Shown here: positions 16,994-20,000 of the stretch, one piece after another
Layout of the letters: each line of letters begins with the position of its first letter
How positions within the stretch are numbered: position 1 is the stretch's first letter
Source of the DNA: an uncultured virus (IMG/VR IMGVR_UViG_3300027977_001066)
Lineage: Duplodnaviria > Heunggongvirae > Uroviricota > Caudoviricetes
DNA length: 20,000 nt
Virus record (IMG/VR): IMGVR_UViG_3300027977_001066
Direction: 5' to 3' (one strand)
Notes under the pieces: model-generated
What the model was told of the DNA's origin: nothing
Database searches by the model: none
Seen by the model: the letters and a program-made list of their open reading frames with translations, nothing else
Made by a program: the position numbers and the translations under genes

Positions 16994-17091
16994 ATCAATG
17001 GCAACCTATGACTGATGAAGATTGGGAGTGGGTCAATCATGGTACATTACCAAAACCGGTTGACATTCCAGTCAAAACAAACTACAATTAA
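16990..17091 (+). CDS. Microprotein (33 aa)
   Basis: MNQWQPMTDEDWEWVNHGTLPKPVDIPVKTNYN; ATGA-coupled, GAGG upstream. Confidence 0.5.
   Translation: MNQWQPMTDEDWEWVNHGTLPKPVDIPVKTNYN
17060..17088 (+). promoter_or_regulatory. sigma70 promoter
   Basis: TTGACA (17060-17065), 17 nt, TACAAT (17083-17088), upstream of AAGGA and ATG 17119. Confidence 0.75.
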
Positions 17092-17118
17092 TGTACATAC
17101 ACTTTTTAAGGAAATAAA

Positions 17119-17394
17119 ATGACAGACTACACACCAAAACTACCTGAAGTTAAATTTAACAAAAACGGCTATGAACTACGCACAGATATTTTGGCTATGG
17201 CTAAAGATGCTGTTCAACACGAATATCAAATGAAGTTCCAAGGTTGGGAACTAAGTGCTAAACGTGATGAGAAGACAGGACAACTTGTTAGCACAGTTAA
17301 CATGCCCGAGTTTCCCGGCCTCGACAAAATCCTTGAAGTTGCTGAGAAGATGTATGGCTTTGTAAATCAAGGTCAAACACAATCTAAGAAGTAA
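17119..17394 (+). CDS. Hypothetical phage protein
   Basis: 91 aa with its own promoter, RBS AAGGA and downstream terminator. Confidence 0.8.
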   Translation: MTDYTPKLPEVKFNKNGYELRTDILAMAKDAVQHEYQMKFQGWELSAKRDEKTGQLVSTVNMPEFPGLDKILEVAEKMYGFVNQGQTQSKK

Positions 17395-17402
17395 TTCTTA
17401 AC

Positions 17403-17429
17403 GAAGGGCTCTTTTTAGAGCCTTCCTTT
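17403..17429 (+). terminator. Probable intrinsic terminator
   Basis: GGCTCT-TTTT-AGAGCC hairpin followed by TTCCTTT, just after the stop at 17394. Confidence 0.55.
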
Positions 17430-17434
17430 ACGGC

Positions 17435-17442
17435 TATAAATA
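17435..17442 (+). promoter_or_regulatory. T4-type late promoter box TATAAATA
   Basis: Exact TATAAATA 5 nt before ATG 17448, directly after a terminator. Confidence 0.65.
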
Positions 17443-17447
17443 TCTAC

Positions 17448-18554
17448 ATGAATGTATTAATACTAACCCCCGATCGTGTAGGTAGCACCCTACTACAACG
17501 CCTCATAACTGTTTACATGAATGCACATGAATATGACAAACCAGTTATTAATTTGCATGAACTTACTAATGGTATAGAATCATATTACAGTGATGTTTAT
17601 AATAGAGAGATATTAGGTAAACCTAGAAACGGTAAAGAATGGGGTTACTATCAATCACTGGAAGAAGTAGTAAACAACTTATCAAAAGTTGACCACTATA
17701 AAACAGCTAGGCTTGCATTATACCATTTAAATGTCAGAAATGATAGTACTGAGGATAGAACTCAATTTTATAATTACCTTAATGATAATTTTTATATAAT
17801 ATCAGCACGTAGGAATAATTTATTTGAACATGCTATCAGTTGGGGAATAGTTACTGCAAGTAAGAAATTGAATGTGTATACTCATGCGGAAAAAATAGAT
17901 ACTTTTTATAACATATATAAAAATGGTATAACCATTAATGAGACAACATTAACCAATTATTTATACAGTTACAAAGAATACTTTAAGTGGTCTGATACTC
18001 ATTTTAGAGTGGCAAGTTATTTTGACTATGAGAAAGACTTAAAGGATATTGAAAAATACATATTAAATTTAGATATCTTCCCAAATAAAGAAAAGAAGTC
18101 ATGGAATGATATATTCAACATTGAATGGCGTGATTGGAATAAGTGCCATAAATTAATTAGTGATGTTGGTTCAATGGATCCCAAATTACTAGAATATGAT
18201 GTTACTTCTAGTGATAGTACCGCATTAGTGTTAGATAAGCTCAAAAGTAATTTAAGTTTAGTGGATCAAAACTACCTAATGGAACATAGTCAAAAATATG
18301 TTTCTGCATATAAAGGTATAGAACAATTAGTTAAACAAGGTGCATTAGTAAGTGGCATACCTATTAAATTGCAAACTATGGCAGAAAAGAAAAAAGTAAT
18401 TAAAAACTTTGATGAATGTGTTGATGTTTATAATAAATGGGTGGATCAAAATAATTTAGGTACAAAATATACCAATGATGAACTTAAACAAATTGCCAAT
18501 GAAGAAGTAAAAAATTGGTACAATGAAGTTCCAAAAAACTTACTAATAGAATAA
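17448..18554 (+). CDS. Sulfotransferase-like (P-loop, Stf0-like) protein
   Basis: ILTPDRVGSTLL resembles the 5'-PSB loop (RxGST); RRNNLFEHAISW resembles the 3'-PB motif (R-x7-S). Confidence 0.6.
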   Translation: MNVLILTPDRVGSTLLQRLITVYMNAHEYDKPVINLHELTNGIESYYSDVYNREILGKPRNGKEWGYYQSLEEVVNNLSKVDHYKTARLALYHLNVRNDSTEDRTQFYNYLNDNFYIISARRNNLFEHAISWGIVTASKKLNVYTHAEKIDTFYNIYKNGITINETTLTNYLYSYKEYFKWSDTHFRVASYFDYEKDLKDIEKYILNLDIFPNKEKKSWNDIFNIEWRDWNKCHKLISDVGSMDPKLLEYDVTSSDSTALVLDKLKSNLSLVDQNYLMEHSQKYVSAYKGIEQLVKQGALVSGIPIKLQTMAEKKKVIKNFDECVDVYNKWVDQNNLGTKYTNDELKQIANEEVKNWYNEVPKNLLIE

Positions 18555-18612
18555 TTTATAGGTCACCTATTCCTAAGATAATTACTAGTATATAAACTTT
18601 AAAGGAACCAAC

Positions 18613-18813
18613 ATGTCAGAAACAACAAGTGATTCGCTAACACTAACTATGAGCCAAGCAGATTTAACTGTAATGGCAAAGGCGATAGAAAAATCTGTAA
18701 TTACTATGCAACTAGAATTTGCAGAATTAGAAAAAAAAGCTATTGTATTAAAACTAGATATTGACCGTCAAGTTGCAATGCTAGGTGTGATGAAATCTAG
18801 ATTAGAAGCCTAA
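18613..18813 (+). CDS. Hypothetical coiled-coil protein
   Basis: 66 aa, RBS AAAGGA, heptad-like pattern. Confidence 0.7.
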   Translation: MSETTSDSLTLTMSQADLTVMAKAIEKSVITMQLEFAELEKKAIVLKLDIDRQVAMLGVMKSRLEA

Positions 18814-18821
18814 CATCATTC

Positions 18822-18842
18822 GCCCCAAATTCTGGGGCTTTT
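18822..18842 (+). terminator. Intrinsic terminator
   Basis: GCCCCA-AATTC-TGGGGC followed by TTTT. Confidence 0.75.
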
Positions 18843-18852
18843 CCATATGTGT

Positions 18853-18901
18853 AAAATTTGACAATAAATGGATTTGGGTATATAATAGAATCTTAGACAG
18901 T
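18853..18901 (+). repeat. 49-bp direct repeat, copy 1, containing a consensus sigma70 promoter
   Basis: AAAATTTGACAATAAATGGATTTGGGTATATAATAGAATCTTAGACAGT; TTGACA 18858, TATAAT 18881. Confidence 0.92.
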
Positions 18902-18918
18902 CAACTAAAGGACATAAA

Positions 18919-19179
18919 ATGAAAGTAGAAACAGCATTGAAACAGATCCAAAAAGAAGCACAATTCTTGGGTCTAGGTGTAATGGAAACACTACAGTTTA
19001 TTGCACAAAATCCCTTAGCACAACCGGCTAAGACTTTGGAAGCTTTCAAGGTTCTGAACCCCAACTTTGTTTTCCCCAAGAAAACAGTCAAAAATCTAAT
19101 GTCCGGCAAGGAAATTGAAATTGATGCCGATACCCCACACTGTTGTAATCCTGCAACAGAGACTTATTGGTCAATGTAA
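18919..19179 (+). CDS. Hypothetical early protein
   Basis: 86 aa, RBS AAAGGA, ends TPHCCNPATETYWSM. Confidence 0.8.
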   Translation: MKVETALKQIQKEAQFLGLGVMETLQFIAQNPLAQPAKTLEAFKVLNPNFVFPKKTVKNLMSGKEIEIDADTPHCCNPATETYWSM

Positions 19180-19227
19180 AAATTTGACAATAAATGGATT
19201 TGGGTATATAATAGAATCTTAGACAGT
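19179..19227 (+). repeat. 49-bp direct repeat, copy 2, containing a consensus sigma70 promoter
   Basis: Identical to 18853-18901; TTGACA 19184, TATAAT 19207. Confidence 0.92.
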
Positions 19228-19244
19228 TAAATAAAGGAAACAAA

Positions 19245-19511
19245 ATGTCAGCACTTACACAGTATTTGGATCGTAAAAACTCTTTTGCTAAAATCTTTGG
19301 TAACAAAGAACTTAGCCTGCAAATTGCAAGTGACCGTCAGAAAATTGCCGATTCAATCGACAGTGATTTGAGTCCAGAGAATTTGACTTGCGATGGTGAG
19401 CTGCCCCGTAGTCAGGTTCATGCTCGGTACAAGGCATTGACTAAGGCAGCTTTTGAGTTGAAACAGTTGGATCCATCAGTTAAGTTTTACGAGTACGGTA
19501 CAGAAGTTTAA
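19245..19511 (+). CDS. Hypothetical early protein
   Basis: 88 aa, RBS AAAGGA, contains LSPENLTCDGE. Confidence 0.8.
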   Translation: MSALTQYLDRKNSFAKIFGNKELSLQIASDRQKIADSIDSDLSPENLTCDGELPRSQVHARYKALTKAAFELKQLDPSVKFYEYGTEV

Positions 19512-19521
19512 GGAGATTAAT

Positions 19522-20000
19522 ATGTCAGGTTTTGTTGATGTATCAAAAATGTCAAATCGTCAGGTCCAACGTATGGGTCACGAGGATGATACCACTACAT
19601 ATCGTGCAAGGACTAACACTAAAAAGGTTGTGTTGAATCTTAATGCCGATGATGTGTGGGCCGCGGCTTGTCAGGCACAACGCACGAATGGTGCGTATGT
19701 TAAACTGAGTGTATTGACCGAGTCCGACAAAAGTCAAAACAAACTGTCCAATCGTCAGATTATTGAAAGTTTATTGGTTGATGCTACATCGATTACCGAC
19801 GAGTCTAGGGAAGAAGGTAAAAAGGTTCGTGCTTTCTATCAAGCATTTACTTTCAAAATCCTACAAGGTAAATTACTAAGTGAGTTTGATAACAATGCTA
19901 TGTTGATTGCCAATCGGGAAGTTATTACTGGTACATATGATTTGGCAGTGATTGCAAGTTTGCCAAGTTGCTATGAGCGTGGAGTAAAACGTCAATCAGT
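19522..20000 (+). CDS. Hypothetical phage protein, 3'-truncated
   Basis: RBS AAGGAG; MSGFVDVSKMSNRQVQRMGHEDD...VWAAACQAQRTNG... stays open to the window end. Confidence 0.8.
   Translation, partial: MSGFVDVSKMSNRQVQRMGHEDDTTTYRARTNTKKVVLNLNADDVWAAACQAQRTNGAYVKLSVLTESDKSQNKLSNRQIIESLLVDATSITDESREEGKKVRAFYQAFTFKILQGKLLSEFDNNAMLIANREVITGTYDLAVIASLPSCYERGVKRQS

Noticed and set aside
18853..19227. Direct repeats as a CRISPR array or attachment sites
   Set aside because: Only two copies, separated by a whole gene, and they consist of -35/-10 promoter sequence; no cas gene or integrase in the window.
18026..19737. Minus-strand ORFs 18026-18244, 18816-19109, 19088-19306, 19552-19737
   Set aside because: Shadows of + strand genes; the shared peptide CLRFYYIPKSIYCQI is just the translated promoter repeat.
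1..20000. Stop-codon reassignment, tRNAs or self-splicing introns
   Set aside because: Recognisable genes are full length in code 11, no conserved gene is split, and no cloverleaf was seen in the short intergenic gaps. tRNAscan and Infernal were not run.

Overview
AT-rich, gene-dense segment of a large lytic dsDNA phage (T4-like/jumbo myovirus type, inferred from the T4-type RNase H, near-consensus sigma70 early promoters and T4-late-like TAAATA boxes). Genes read cleanly in code 11. In order: a 5'-truncated GT-B glycosyltransferase, a GIY-YIG endonuclease, a GalE-like epimerase, two minus-strand genes with capsid-targeting-like N-termini (a Tat-signal M48 metallopeptidase and a basic DUF6321-like protein), UvsE, a self-promoted pair of SF2 helicase-HNH fusion plus His-Me-like protein, RNase H-type 5'-3' exonuclease, two radical SAM enzymes, a degenerate phosphodiesterase-like protein, SGNH-like and sulfotransferase-like proteins, a chain of translationally coupled micro-ORFs, and duplicated 49-bp early promoter cassettes. 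The most interesting candidates are the virion-packaged/Tat-exported protease, the helicase-HNH/nuclease cassette, and a recurring leaderless late-promoter design on the accessory enzyme genes. No tRNA, rRNA or CRISPR array was seen. All family calls come from motif recognition by eye, not database searches.
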